From Chrysomallon squamiferum (lineage: Eukaryota > Animalia > Mollusca), in the NCBI GenBank assembly GCA_012295275.1, contig CM022666.1, forward strand, positions 1,860,001-1,924,000: DNA of 64,000 nt. Direction: 5' to 3'. Under the pieces are notes generated by a model that was given only the letters and a program-made list of their open reading frames with translations, made no database searches and was not told the DNA's origin. This document shows positions 40,463-56,100 of the stretch, one piece after another (within the stretch, counting starts at the first letter, position 1; every line of letters starts with the position of its first letter). Both the position numbers and the translations under genes were made by a program.

Positions 40463-42261
40463 CCCTTATACACTTATACACAAAAAAAAAAAAAAAAAAA
40501 AAAAAAGTGGAAAAAAATTTTTTTTAATTTTTTTTTTTTTAAAAGAACAAATATTCTTTGTACATAACTCATAAAACACAAATCACACGTAGCCAGCTAC
40601 AAGGACGTGAACCCATTACCATCCAGCCTCAGGTTTCACGACCAACGCGAGACTCTTACTAAACTCGTCAGGTTAGCCAGTACACTGTAACACACACACA
40701 CACATTCCTGCACATCACCACAGCTAAACACTCTGACATGCTTTCAACAGTGGGTGATCTGCATGTACCCAGACATTTACACTAAGTGCTATTACATAGA
40801 CTGTTCAACACAATACAAGTATACCAGAGAGCTATAAAGGCTAATGTCCCGTTAAAACCATTGTTCAGTCAGTTCCTGCTAAACAAAAGACTTTCTTTGC
40901 TGGAGTAAACCATGCTTGGACATGCTTTTAACAGTATCTGGAGGGGAAAAAGAAGAAGAAGAAAAAAAAAAAAAACGGGGGGAAATGATAAAAATGAATT
41001 AAATTTATGGAACAGGCATGAGGATTAATCTTTCTTGATGTTCTCATTCGTTAGTTGTGAATGTTTTTGACATTCAGCAAGATCAATGTCTTTTACTATT
41101 ATTGTTATTACAACTATTATTATTTACTTTTTATTTCAATACTTTATCATACATTAAAAAAAATAATAAAAAAAATTTAAAATGAGCTTTTTTTCAATTC
41201 ATGGACATATAATTGTGTCTGCTAACAGACAAAACGTCGTCAATTTTTTTAATTTATCGAAAAAAAAAAAACAGCAATTAACTCTACAAGACTGAACTCG
41301 GCACATACTTGATACAGCTCTAGCAGTCAAAAATGAATTAGTAAAGTACACAGAGATTATCTGTATTTCACACTTATAACCCGGCAATTACCGAGATTCG
41401 TTTTCTCACGTGAACATTCACAACTTAAAGCCTAGTACCCAGTGAATTCATTTCTTTATACTGAATAACCCCCTTCAGTCTTAACATCTATAAATTAATA
41501 AGTATCCACTCCATTCCATTTCAAAAAGGAAACAGTCAGCGATAAATAAATGTCAACTGCTGCAAACACCACAAGTCTACAACATCTTTTCATATTTATT
41601 CTACAAGAAAGGTTCTAGGTCAGGGCCAGAATGCTTAGAAGGAAACATCAATGTTGTTCTACCAGATTTGTCAGGAATACCTCGACTTCCTCAAACTGCA
41701 TCCCAGTTTGACCATGCAGTTTGTGTGCCCAGCCTAATCTAATCAGCGGCCCTCCAAACAGTTTCTTTAAGGTGGACATTTGACAAGTGTACACAGGTCA
41801 GGAGGACTAAACAACAAACCAATGGCAACACAAACACTTGTCACCAACAAAAACAAAGACCTGGATGACGTGGGCAAACAGAAGAAACAAAACAGGACAA
41901 ACAAACTTTGATGTTTGTCACTGACATCAGAGGATGACTGTGAAACAAGGTGAAAGACTTTTTATTTTTTATTTTTTTTTTTTTTTTTTCTTGTCTTGCT
42001 GGACTTGATGCAATAGCGTGTTTGAAAAAATAAGTGATGCAAGAAACAAATATAAATAATTTACACTGTAACTCTTCCATTGTGGTTTCAAGTAACAAAT
42101 GTCTTCTCTTTTGCATTCAGTTATTTTTAATTATTAACAGAATTAATAGATGGAAAAGAATGAAAAAGTCTACTCAATCTTACTTAAATTTCAATGCATC
42201 ATTCATAGACTTTACATTGTCTGCAGCACAATTATTTCAAAGTTCTTGAACTTTAAACAAA

Positions 42262-42319
<58 letters not shown>

Positions 42320-43141
42320 TAACTATTATTATTAATTTGCAACTTTATGTATTGTCGTAGTTATTTGTTCTTTGTCAGTTTTTATTATCGTTACTAGCTG
42401 CATTTCAAAAATAACTGATTATTTAAAAGTTTCTCAGCTATCAACGATTCCAACTAAATGAAAAATCAAATAAAACTGTCTCATAATTTACATCTACAGA
42501 CATTTTACGATGCCAGCTTCTTAACTATTATTATGTCAGCTGAACAACTTTAAACTTATCCTTTAAACGAAGACACTATATATTCAGTTGCTGCCAATAA
42601 ACCAGCAAACCAAAACAAACACAACTGGACAAGACCACCAGCTTTCAGAATCATAAACCAAAATTTTAGTGCCTGGTTCAAACTCATGGAGTTACAAAAC
42701 CAATAAACAGTGTGAAATTGCGACTTGCATTTGCCAAATAAAGACATTATTCCTTCACAGTGCCGGCTGATTTAGGTGGACAGAGGTGTACAATTAGTCA
42801 AGATGTATGAAATCAGCACATCTTAATGACCAGCACCAAAGATAGCACGTCTGGACGCCATCTTCCATTCAGTAAATTACTGTCCAGCTACTTCTAACAG
42901 TGGGTGATAAACAATTCAGATACAGAAAGTATTTCTTAAACTCTGATGTAGAGAAACTTCCAAGTTACCTTCTTGGTGAACCAGCATTTAAAATCTGTTC
43001 CAAGCTTAGCACTGTCTCTCAGTTTTAACCTAAGTTTGAAGAGAGGAGGAAAAAAGATAAATTCTTTAAAATCTTCATGGATCCTCTTAATAAATTATAA
43101 ATATAAAATATCTGTATCAAATTCAAAACAGGTAACTGAAC

Positions 43142-43175
<34 letters not shown>

Positions 43176-43203
43176 GCAATAAACCACAGACAGACAGACA
43201 CCT

Positions 43204-43213
43204 CACACACACA

Positions 43214-43277
<64 letters not shown>
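43204..43277. repeat. (CA)n microsatellite
   Basis: Read directly. Confidence 0.97.
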
Positions 43278-43278
<1 letters not shown>

Positions 43279-45538
43279 CAACACACCAATTTGTCTGATG
43301 ACAAAAGTGATTGTTATAAAAGAGGTGACTTCAAAAGCTGATTCAACTATATGGTATTTATAAACATGATATTTCAATCTCGCTACAATAGATTCTCAAC
43401 CTACATACACTGATAAAAATATTTCAAAACACTGACTGAGATATGTCAACACAATGAATGTATATAAAAAAAAAAAAAAAAAACAAACAACAAATGACCA
43501 ATCAACACAATGTTGAATCACTCCAGACAAAAACAGAAACATCCTGGTCCCTGCACAGATGCTGCAATATTAGATTACAAGTTAAATATTTATTTAGGGA
43601 TTTTAGACCTGTTAATCTTTTCATCAGTAATCCAAACACATCCCCTAATAGAGTTCCTATTACAAACACAGATCAAGTGAGTCCAGAGACATTCATTGTT
43701 AAGTAATTACTTCATAATCTAAAAACATCATCTTCAGTTTATTTGTTTTGTTTTGTTCTTCGTCGTCGTCAGTACGTCAGTGAAAATATTCATTATTAAA
43801 TCTGGTGATTCCAATAGCAGTTAAAAATAAATAATAAAAAAAAAAAAAAAAAATATTCTGTTTCTAAATGGAAAGGTTTTAGTTACTGAATCATGCTCAA
43901 TTTGGGATGCAAATATTTACCAAGAAATTATTTTAAAACATGACATTTTGTTCTTTCTCCTGTAGCTGCTTCAGTTTTGGAGAAAAACATCAAAATTCTT
44001 ATTTTTTATTTTATTTATTTATTTATTTATTTTATTAATTTTGGGGGTTTTTTTTACCATGGAACTGCAATTATTTTTGTAATTAAATGGTTTCCTTTTT
44101 TTTTTTTTTTTCCTCATTTTTGAATATAAATTATTTCATTGAAACTATTTTTTCCCCATTCCATTCAGTGTCTCCAAACAGAGCAAAGGTTACCTGAAGT
44201 TCAAACACTTGACATTTTGGGAAATCACAATCAACCTGCTTTTTTTTCTTCTGTTTTTCTTTCTGTACTATCTTTCCAGATGACCTTGTAAAAACAAACC
44301 TCATTAACCAAATGTAATCAACTCTACACCACACAGGTGTTAAACTTATTTCTAGTCATGTTATCACTGGAGTTCAAAACACAGTTTCTTTAGCCTTGTA
44401 CTGATACAATCAAACACACACACACACACACCCAGACAGTGAAAGAACAAGAAAATTTACAGCCATACACTTCCTTATCCTAAATATCTACACCTGTACA
44501 AATGTATGTGCAAAAAAGATGTATCAGAGATTCATCAAAACCTCATAAATTATCTCACAAAAGTAGGCAATAAAGCTCTAAGTGATTTTGGACTATTCAT
44601 GAAGTTTATTATCTTATAAACTTCAAGTTTAACATGTAAAACAATACCAGCTTGCCACTCACAATCCTTCAGACTGCCTGCCTAACTGTTCATGAATTTA
44701 TCACCATGCATGACATGACATATATGATATATCTGAGCATTATAAAAATATTACAGAAGATTAAGTCTTAAAAAAAATGTATAATACAGGAAAATGTGGA
44801 CAGTAATTAAACAGCTCCTAATTTATTGTTCTTCTGGGTGATGAAATACTGACATTAATGATCTAGTTGCATTTGTTCTTTTTCTTTTAATTTTATTATG
44901 AATTTATTTATTATTTATATTATTTATATTGTTTTTGATCCTCCTATGTACCCATGTATCATCATTCATTATTTATTTCAACAAGAGTGATTAACAAAGA
45001 ACAAAAAAACAAAACAAGAAAATTCAATTGTAGTTGATAATAAACAATAAACTATGGTAATTAACTAGTTTTTAACAGGTAATTTTCATTTTAAATCATG
45101 TTTTCAAGAGACATGAATCATTTTGCTGAAAATTCTTGTAGGCTCATAATTAACTGGAAGTTCAGAATTTGGCTGTGATTTATTAAACAGAAAGCTTAAA
45201 AAAAGAAAAGAAATTCCAAATGTTTGCTGTTGTTGATGAAGTCCTGGAAAATTTATTGAAGAAAATTATTATTTTTTTTTTTTTTTTTTTATTCTTTACA
45301 AAAATAAAATAAAAATTTTAAGGAAGTACTTTCTAATTAACCTGTTACCCTTTGTTATTTTCTTTTTTTTTTTTTTTTTTTTCTTTTTTTGTTGTTGCTC
45401 TCAGCAATAATTGAAAAAATAAAAACCAATCTTTGAAGATGTTTTCTAAAAAGCTTCAAGCAATATTATCAAATGCATAAAATGAAAAGAAAATGAAATT
45501 GTAAAAATAGAAGAAAAAACTAAATAACACTAATAACA

Positions 45539-45617
<79 letters not shown>

Positions 45618-45811
45618 GTATTAATAATGATACCTTAATAATAAAAAGAGTAATATTAATCATATAAAAGTAAAGAAAAAGAAAAAACTAAAATACTGGA
45701 AAGTTATTTAAAAAATATAATAAGAAGAAGAAGAAGAAGAAATATAATAATAATAATAATAATAATAAGAAGAAGAAGAAGAAGAAGAAGAAGATGAAGA
45801 AGAAGAAGAAA
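45539..45811. repeat. (AAT)n and (GAA)n microsatellite cluster
   Basis: (AAT)n at about 45539-45616, and (GAA)n/(AAT)n at about 45722-45811. Confidence 0.93.
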
Positions 45812-47212
45812 ATTAAAATTACTAATAACATTAATAACAACAACAGCAAATTAATTAATTAATTAACAAATAACGAAATAATAAAGAAAAGGAAAAACAT
45901 GAGCAATTGAGTAACCTCTCCGATATCAAAAGGACTGTTTCTGTCATGCAGCCAGCATGAATAACGACTGCAGGAGTGATCTAACGATAGCATGCAGCCA
46001 CAGCAGACAAAGAGAAGCTGAGTATAGTAACTCTCACAAACTCACTGACAAGCTGCTAATTACACATCAGACTGGCAGAGAAGCAGGAATGCAAGGAAGC
46101 AGCAGGTGTCACTATAAATCACAAACATGAAGAGATGTATGTAGGAAGGTGATGACAAATGATACCACAACAAGAGCAGTTCTTCATGGGATGCTTTCGT
46201 GGAAGATGTCTGTCTGTCAAAAGTTTGGTGGATATCACCATCCTATAAAAAGTTTTTTACGTTGTGTCACAAGTTCTAGTTTGAATTTATGTTTAGACAA
46301 TAATGAATAAAATATATGATTTTTTTTTTTTTTTTCATTTATTTTTTTTTTTTTTCACCGTTCTGTTAAAGTTTTATGTTGTCATAAATAAAGTTGGTTG
46401 GATATTTTTTTTTCAAATTTAATTTTCTAGTTGGTTTTTTTTTTGGGGGGATAGTTTTTTCTTCATTTTATTTGAATGTGTTCACAATTAGAAAGCCAAC
46501 CCAAAACCAAGAATTAACATTCTGGACAGAGCCACACAGACATATATAGGCCTATATACTTAAATGAAAAGCTCCACAAAAAACAATGAATCACAGAAAG
46601 AAATCAGTGGCTGACAATATTTATCATTCTGGGATTTCTTTTCACTCTCTCAGATTGTTATTTATTTCCCTCATCATTTAACTCCCCTCACCCCTTTAAT
46701 TCATTTACAGAATGGAATCAGAAAAATAAATTAGACATTAAGACAAAAAAAAAAAAATGAATGAAGCTTCCGAAAAAAAACCCTGAACAAAACACAAAAC
46801 CTTTTAAACACAATCTTCTAGCTTTTGTTTTCATTTCATTCTCATCATCATCACATCATCTGGAAAATGGCATCTCCTTGTTCAGCAACTATCTATTTCA
46901 ACAAAAACTGCAGAGATGATTCCCTAAGCTGGTTATGATTTTAGGAAAGGCACTGTCAATGACAAACATGCAATATCATATTTATTTTAAGGATGACTTT
47001 TCTGCTCTTCTTTTAACAAGTGCTATTTTTCAAACAAGCTACTTCAACGAAAGCACAGAGAGCAGCTAAGCCTGTCATTAATCAAAAAGGAAGAGATGTT
47101 TGCTGTAATCACAGGAGAACATCACAGCTGTAGCTGACACAGAAAATGTAGGTTACTGTAACAGGGATTTTTCTTCTTCCTGACAGTTCATTAAAATGCA
47201 ATAGATACACAT

Positions 47213-47247
<35 letters not shown>

Positions 47248-47690
47248 AATAACTGCAAAATAATAATTATAATAAAAAAGAAAAATTTAAAAAAATGTAA
47301 TAATAATAATAATCATCAAACGGTGAAAGATGATTGAAAATGAAAAGAATGAGGCATGAAGCAGATAAAAACAAGATTCACGTATTCGTGATTAGCTAAA
47401 AATATCAGTGGAATGATAAAAACAAATATAACAAAAAAATAAAAAATAAAGAATAAAAAATATTTATGATAGAAATATATAGAAAGGGAAAAAAAAACAG
47501 GGAAGAGATAGCCTAAATAACTTATGGAACTGCTAAGTATCTTCTTGGAACAGTTAAACATCTCCATGGATAATAAAAACTCAGATTTAAAAAAAAAAAA
47601 AAAAAGTGAAGGAAAATTCCCCAAAAATGTTTTGCAATCAAAAGTGATACTGGTACAAATATTCATTGAACCTGACAGTAAAAAATTTAG

Positions 47691-47725
<35 letters not shown>

Positions 47726-48061
47726 GAAACAAACCATATCACAGCATAATAGTATTCTAATGAAAATTCAATAAATGAAATTAAGCTGAAGGCAAACAAA
47801 AAGATTATTTCACTCCCCTGGCGCACAAAAACTGGTAACACCATCCTAGTAAATTATGGAACCTGTCTGGTCTAGTTACATCACGCACAGTAACTAGTTT
47901 CAAGTAGCAAGACAATCTATGAGAAATATCTGATTTGCAAAGAATCACCATTGGCAACTGCTTAACTCTTTCAGAATTCGATACGTAACATTATGTACAC
48001 TAAAGGAAACTTATCAGATAGTTAATGTGATTGATAAAAAAAAAACAAAAATGCTTAAACT

Positions 48062-48116
<55 letters not shown>

Positions 48117-48395
48117 AAGGAAGGGTAAGACATTAAGCTGCTGGTAGACACAGCCTGGCACTGTGTGATGTGTTGTGTAATGATGTCTTCAAGTGTGGTT
48201 TGGTGCACTGCACACTGTTACATGCAGGTACTGATTGATATCTCTGTCACATTTCAATTTTAAATTGAGCAAGTCAGATTAACTCATTTGCATTTCTTTG
48301 TTTTATTTCTTTTTTCCCTTAAGTTATTTATTATTGTTATTTATTTATTTGATTTTATTATGTTTTAGCTGTTATTGCATTAATAAACGTGTCTC

Positions 48396-48431
<36 letters not shown>

Positions 48432-48556
48432 AACTGCAGCTACTACTGTTGCAACAAATGCATTTCTACTATCACCATCATCACAAAAACTACCACAGCT
48501 ACATGCACCACCACTGACATATGAAATATCTGATCTCTCTCTCTCTCTCACACACA

Positions 48557-48599
<43 letters not shown>

Positions 48600-50056
48600 C
48601 ATACATACACACAATCCCATAAAACCCAAGTATCACACCAAACAAAAATCTTGACCAATTATTAAAAAAAAAAAAAAAAAAAAAAAAAAGCCATACCAAA
48701 CAGAACTCAACAATGAACAATCATTTTTACTAAACATGCCTACAGACAAAAGGCAGTGCATACAAATACTAAAGGAAATGACTGTAATCTGTGGCAGCAG
48801 CCAGAGTAAGGCGTATTTATATAAGGTGGTAAGCTGTTAGCCCTGATATGGATTATGATAAAAGTGATAAAGATCATCAATGGGATGCTGTTTACATTAG
48901 GGTCCTGTGTAGATCTAAGAACAAGTCCCGAGGCCAGTGGTGTAATTGACTTCAACATAAATAATCAGCTTTCTTTTCAGCTCTGTTTAAAAGTCTTGAT
49001 TCCTGCAGCCTTCGGGGCAGTGTACTACGTATCCACACAAAGCTCCATTTCTGCCTTTCAGATAACTAATTACATGCAAGAAGTTAATCTACATCGTAAT
49101 TACAGCCAGATTATTTCACCTGTTTTTCACATGATGGTTACATGTGGGTTGTAATGCCAAAGTTACAGATGTATGCAACATTAAGGTTACATCAAAACCT
49201 ACTTAGAGAGTTAGGTGCACTTGTACAAGCTAAACTAAGATTAACTGCATGCTGGGAACAGAATTAACAATTTATAATAGAATAATGAAGACTTAGAAAG
49301 GAAAGAGACTAGCTTATATCAGGTCTACACAGAAATGATTCTAAACTAACTGTTATGTTGACTGACAGAACTGATCTGAAACATAATGATTGTGTTTACA
49401 GCAACTACTACTGCTGCAAGAACCTCCACTATTATTAATATTAGTAGTAGTAGTAATAGTAGTAGTAACAGTAGTAGTAGTAGTAGTAGTAGTAGTATAG
49501 TAGCAGTAGTAGCTAAATATTTAAAGTAGATTACATGACAGAAAAGTCATGACAGAAAGTATTTCAACAAAAATTCAATATGATTCATGCCCAGAAAGAA
49601 GGATTCTTAAATTCAAAACAGAAATTTCTGAAAAAACAGTCACCAAATTATGTCCAGCTGGACAAATGTCTGCACTGTTTGCAAAATAAATGTTTTCATT
49701 TCCTGAGATTGTCCAATTATTGTTCCTGTTACCTGGTTAGGCATCACAATGGATTTGTAATTTCATTCTGTTTGTTTTATTACACACTGTCCAAACAGAA
49801 GCTGGCAGCTGTCTCTAGTGGTTACCAAATATCATTTTGTTTTAAACCAGGTTTTCTTCATGTCCTTGTTTGCTCTGCGCGTTTAAACACTGCCACACAG
49901 CACTGGACCATCTGCTCTTGATTTATTTTTTTCAAGTTTTCACAACAAATCAGAAAGTAGTTATTAGTTTAGTTCTTCTGGGGAGCTGTTGTAAATGTAA
50001 TTAGAATAATCTCACTGTGCAGATCTCTCCCCTCCCTCTCCTCTCCCTCTCTCCCT

Positions 50057-50100
<44 letters not shown>

Positions 50101-53100
50101 TGAATTTATTTTATTAATGGAAAGATATCCCCCTTATTCTCCAATATAAAATAAATACAACAGAGAAATTTGTTTTAAATTAAGGGTAGTTGAATCCATT
50201 AGATATTTTTCATATTTAAAAAAATAATAAAATAAAAAAATCTAAACAAATATGACAGATGAAAGGCATGGTTAAAATGTACTGAAATTGGCTATTTTTA
50301 GTGCAAAATAAATATTATCATAAATGCATATGTTGTTCTGTTTAAGAACATCATTGAACAATTTATCTCTCTCCACATACAAAAATATTTTCAAAATAAG
50401 TCTCACTTGAGATTCCAAAAGCCTGGTTTCACTGCCTATCTAAAACCATTATGATATTATTAGATTAAGGATTCAGTAATCTTTTGAGATCAGAGCTCAA
50501 CCAACCCAGGTATTTAATCAGCTTAACCCCATTCTTTGACAAGTTGGTCTTGAAAAATAAAAAAATGATTAGCTAAAATTAAATGATGAAAATCTGATTA
50601 GGGAAATTAAATTTCTGTACAAAGAAAGTAAACTGTAGATTGTTATAATGAATGCATTTGAAAGGTTTACAAACAAATCTTTTACTTGCATTTATATTTG
50701 TTTGCCTCAAAATATTACAGATACTAACTTTAAATATAAATCTGAACTAGAAAGATGTATTATTTATAATAATCCTTTTGGTTCATTCTTTCAGTTTTCC
50801 ATTTCATCTGATTAAAAAAGAATAGATAGGCCTACATAATTAAAATATATATATATTAATAAAAAAAAATAATACTAATAACAATAATAATAATAATTTC
50901 TTTTGGGTGTCTGTGTTTTTTCTCTCTCTTTAATTTATCAGTTATAACTAAACTCTCTTCAACATTTCAACAAGGCCTAGCAGAATATTAAATGATCACA
51001 ATCACATGTAAAATGTATTAAATTACCTTCAAAACAACTCATTAAACATTCATCACTTTTTTTTAATATTTATTATTGGATGGACTCAAATAACCTGAAT
51101 AATAAAGTTTTTAAAGAAGATTTCTGTTGTTTTTTTATGACGATACATACACACTGGGGGATTATAAACCATGGGCACACTTAGTCAACGTCTGCTTCAG
51201 TTGCTTACCTGTCAATCAAACTGACTGGAATACATGTGTTGCAGATACAATTTTACAAGTCTCACCAAAAGACATAAGCATGCAATAAATGTCAGTTTAT
51301 AGCTTTATTTTAAACACATGTAAAATTTAAACAAATTTGTTTTCTTTTTTTTTCTGAAAAAAACAACAACAGTAACAAATGTATGTAAAGCCTCAGTGCA
51401 TGCAACCATGACTGGTCCCATAAATAACTTAAGTATATATAAATAGAAAAAAAATCACACACACACACATGCACGTGCATGCGCGAGCGTGTGCGCACTA
51501 CACAATATACAAATCAATGTCAGCTTTCACAGCTTGGTTTTGTTTTATTTTCATTTACATTTTTTTTTTTTTACTTTCTTTTTTATTTTGACATCTATAA
51601 AAGTCAGGAATTACTGTAATAAAAGGGATAAAAAGTAAAACAATTTATTATTATTCTAATAAAAATAAAATTTCAAAAAAAAAAAAAAAAAAAACACAAC
51701 AAACAAACAACCCTTCAAAATAAAAAATATATTTAAAGAAAAAACAACAAAAAAACGACATCAAAAAACCACTCATAACCTTTTGAAAACAAACACTCCA
51801 GCTTTTCCATTACCTTAACCCAGGATCACAAACACTACACAGCAGTGGTTAAATTGTCTTTATGTGCATTGTAATTTGTATAATGAGGGCAATTTATGCG
51901 ATGTCGTCTCAAATTTGAAGGCCCTGCCGAGCCTGCAGATCTGCCTTCTGTTCTGTCTGACATTGTTAGTTAAAATTTACGGCCACATTCATTTCCCACT
52001 CCGGAAGTGACTCTGAAAACGCACCAACATCACACAAAAATTTTGATAATCATCCACTGCCCTGCAACCACGGTTCACTGATACCCTTGGTTTGAAGTCC
52101 CCGGTAACGGATCTCTGTCATTATTATTTATTTTCTTTAATGTGAGCAGAGATGAATGAGAGAGAAGAGAGAAATAATGATGGTTATTACAAAAAGAGGA
52201 TTTATATAAAAAAAAAATAATAATAATAATAATAATAATACTGGTAGGGGTAATAATGATAAGATATGTGAGATGTGAATAATAATAATAATAATAACAA
52301 TAAATATAACAACAATGAATTAATAAATAAATAAATAAATAAAACAAGAATGAAAAAAGAAAAGTATAAACAGAAGATGGAGTTCATTCAAAAAAAAAAA
52401 AAAAAAAAAATATTGAAAAATTATCTTTCTGCCATCTGTTTGCATACAGCAATATAAACGTAGCCAGATTTCTATTTTCACATAAAAAAATATATAAATA
52501 AATTTAAAAAAGTACACAAAATCTCAAAACTTGTCCTTAATGATAAAGAAGGCACTGGATGCTAAGCAACAGGCTGTAACCAAAATCACTGAACCGCATC
52601 ATTTAGCAGTGATGTATCAGAGCAGTTTGAAATAAGAGAACTTGATGTGAACTTTAATGTTTTTAAAAAAGGAAAAAGAAAAATATTTAGATTTTTTATT
52701 TCTTCTTTCATTTTATTTATATATATATATAAATATGAAACAAAGTGACCAGGAGCTTTTTACATTAGTGCTGGTTGTCAAAGATGCTCAAAGAATTTGA
52801 CATGTATTTACAAACAGGAAATTTGTGTGAAAAAAAAACAACAGATGTGTGTATTTTATATTGAGATACAAAAAAATTATTTCTTTTTCTCTTTATAATA
52901 ATAATAAAAAAATAATAATAATAAAAAAAATAATAATAGTATCATAAAAACAATAAGTATATACATATTCTTTAATAATTGTCCTAAATCTTTCATGGTT
53001 TCCTGCACTTTCAAATACTAATGTATGATTTTAAACAACAGTTCTCATTTCTGGCCTCCATCATCTCAAGACATTTAGCGTACACAAGATCTTGGAAGTA

Positions 53101-56100
53101 ATGCACCAGGAATCCATGGAGATGTCTGCCAATCAATACACCACTTACATACCAAGCAGCACTTCTGAGAGTTTTCAAAGACAAATAAAAGATCCCTGGC
53201 TGTTAATCAGTTTGGATCTGACCTTCAAACGATGTCTGGGGACAACTTCTTTTAAAATTCTACACCAACCATTACAACAACAACAATCTTGAAGGCTGCT
53301 AACAAGTAAACACAGAGATAATGGTTGATTTTTTTTTTAAACAGTATTTGCTATCTCACCTTGTTTTATTCAACTGGAATGTTTATAACATTTCTGTTAT
53401 GTGTGATTGTTTTTAATCACATGGTTTGTATGTGTGTAGTTTATTATTTTATTTCAAATTACCTGCAGAGAGCTATGAAGCTACTAATTTTTCATACAAC
53501 TCTTTCACTCACTCACTCACTCACTCTTTTTCTCTGATCTGCCTGTCTGTCTGACAATCAGTCTGTTAATCATTCTCTATTTCTCTCTGCCAAACATTAA
53601 CTCTCTTTTTTTTTTATCAGTTTCTGTAAGACACGATGCTGTAATCTATCTTATCAAACCAGTCAACTAATTAGGTATGCTTCATTAACTCAATCTTATG
53701 CTTCACAAAGAATCTAATCTGTCAATCAGTGGTACAAATTTCTCTGCCTCAAACCTAACGACGACTGAATAACAAAACACTTTGTTGACAGCCGCTGGTT
53801 TAAAGTAAAAACTGTTAAAATACAGATTACTGACTTTCTGCAGATGAAATACTATCTTTTCTGTGTCAGTTTGAAGAAGACCTAACAAAAGCAGCAATTA
53901 AATAAATAAGACAAAAATGAAATACAGTTACGTATGTATGATGATGATGATGATGACACTGTTAGAATAATAACAAAGATAATAATGATAATTTATTCTG
54001 AATTTTTTAGGTTTTTTTAAATCAAAAATTTAATTTGTTTCCTTCACTAACAATGACACTATAACAAATCCAAATTCCATCAGAATCAAATTCTCAAGAA
54101 AAATTCGATATTCTTTAACTTAACAGCAAACAAAGGACAGAAAGAAGTGGTGAAAATTTGGCAAAACATCCTTAACAAAATTTAGTATTATGGAGGCTTA
54201 TGAAAACCGATATTAGAAAAACAGGAAATTAAAACATGAAGTAATTATCATTTCTTGTTAGTGTATACTTGAAGTTCACTGTAGCAGAATTACTTATCAA
54301 ATTAATACTCTACACCTAATTTTTTTTTCACAATTCTTTTCCTTATCACGCTGTTGAATCTTTGAGTTAACTCTGGATTAACACTATGATGGATTGAAAT
54401 TTCAATATTTGCTACTGAATTAATACCAGTTCCATTACCTGTCTTGCTGACACATAATTCCAGCTGTAATACCACAAGATTATGGAAAGACAATACATCA
54501 CCATTGATTGTAATTCAATGCTTTGCTTTAAGTCAGTTTTGAAAACCCAATCAAGCTAGCATTGAGTCAAAACATGGTGCTGTTTTTAATGGGACAGACA
54601 ATATAATCAGAAGCCATTAATCAAATTTTTACATCATCTTTCAGAAACAGCTAACTGGTTTTAGGGTTATGGCATTTAATTCCAGGCTCAAATGGACTGT
54701 GACATCTGCTGATGTGGCAATGTCATCCAATCTTTAAACAAATGTAGTCTTAAGTGTTCAGTTGATGCAGTGAGAATTGTGATTTTAACTGAAGGTTCAG
54801 TATGGAATAATCATTATGGAAATGACTAATAATAATAATAATTATTGTATCATCATATCATAATAATAATAATAATAATGGTGACTACGATCAAGCTAAT
54901 GATGAAACAAAAAATAGCAGACTAAAAAGATTTTTGAATATTATAGTAAGAACACAGAGATAACATTTTATAACCAATTTGTGTCATTTTAAAACTATTT
55001 TATTTCAATATCTGAAGGTGATTATTATTACAAATTGGAGACAAGTAGACATACCAAACTAGAGTAACAAACACATAAATGAATGTAAAAAATATTCTGA
55101 AAGTTTTGATATGAATAAATTTTGTGATTATTTATATAATTCAGAATGAAATGTTTGTTAAAAATTTAACCAGAGTATAACAGTATTAAACCACAATATC
55201 TGGTTATTAAAACAACTATTATGTTAACTGTTTTTGCCATTTCTTCTTTCTTGTCCAATCATTATTCACTTATTAATATATCAACCTGAACAAAAACCTC
55301 CACTCAATAAACGATGGCATTCATCTGACTCTTCTTTTTCTTTTTTTTTTTTTTTTGTCATTTCTTCTTTTTTGGATGAAGGAACTCAAAAATATTATCA
55401 TTCAAAAAGCAACAGATAAAATGCCTTAGGCAAAATTTCTTTTGAAGTGCAGATTTATTGGAAAATTGGCCATTCCCCACACACACACATACTACAGAGA
55501 AATGGGAACCGATAACCATTCAAATTTAAGAGCTGTTGCACAAAAAAGAATAGTATTCTCTTTAAGCCAGACATTTTCTGGCAATCTATTTGGCATTACA
55601 CGAAGACTTTCTTAAAGGCAATCAATAAGAATCGGTCTGTGCAGTTCCCACAAACTTACACTTTGGACTGAAGTAAGAGCTGTAATGGCCATTCAAAAGG
55701 AATTCTCAATTACTGCAGAATGTTCTGTCTTGAATTCCAAAGCTATGATTTATTCATCTGAGATTTTTTTGTCTGTATCATGGTCTCACTGGTAATATCT
55801 GAAGAGCTGTATCAATGATATGATACAGTATAACAGAATCACAGGTTTTAATAGTAACACAAACAAAATATTTCAACATTTTAAAATGTAAAAAAATTCT
55901 CTCCAATTGTTAATTTTGGAACAACTATGATCTAAATTCATAATATGAAATTAAAAATCTTATCAGGTTTTGTGTGAAGATGGATGGGCTAACAATGAAT
56001 TTAAAAATAAATATCAGATTTACAGTTTTAGGCTATTTATAAATATTTAACTTTATTCAAATCTGTCTACAATCATTTTGTAAGTGAAGAGAAAGACGTC

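Noticed and set aside
44600-44625. 10-bp perfect stem (TGAAGTTTAT/ATAAACTTCA) with a 6-nt loop
   Set aside because: Short and AT-rich, so expected occasionally in 64 kb of this composition.
51203-51230. CAG|GTAAGC on the gene strand with nearby AGs
   Set aside because: The candidate microexons are frameshifting or contain TGA, and there is no real pyrimidine tract for a recursive site.
51456-51498. 14-bp palindrome CATGCACGTGCATG with a CACGTG E-box in an alternating purine-pyrimidine tract
   Set aside because: Readily produced by transition mutations within a (CA)n microsatellite.
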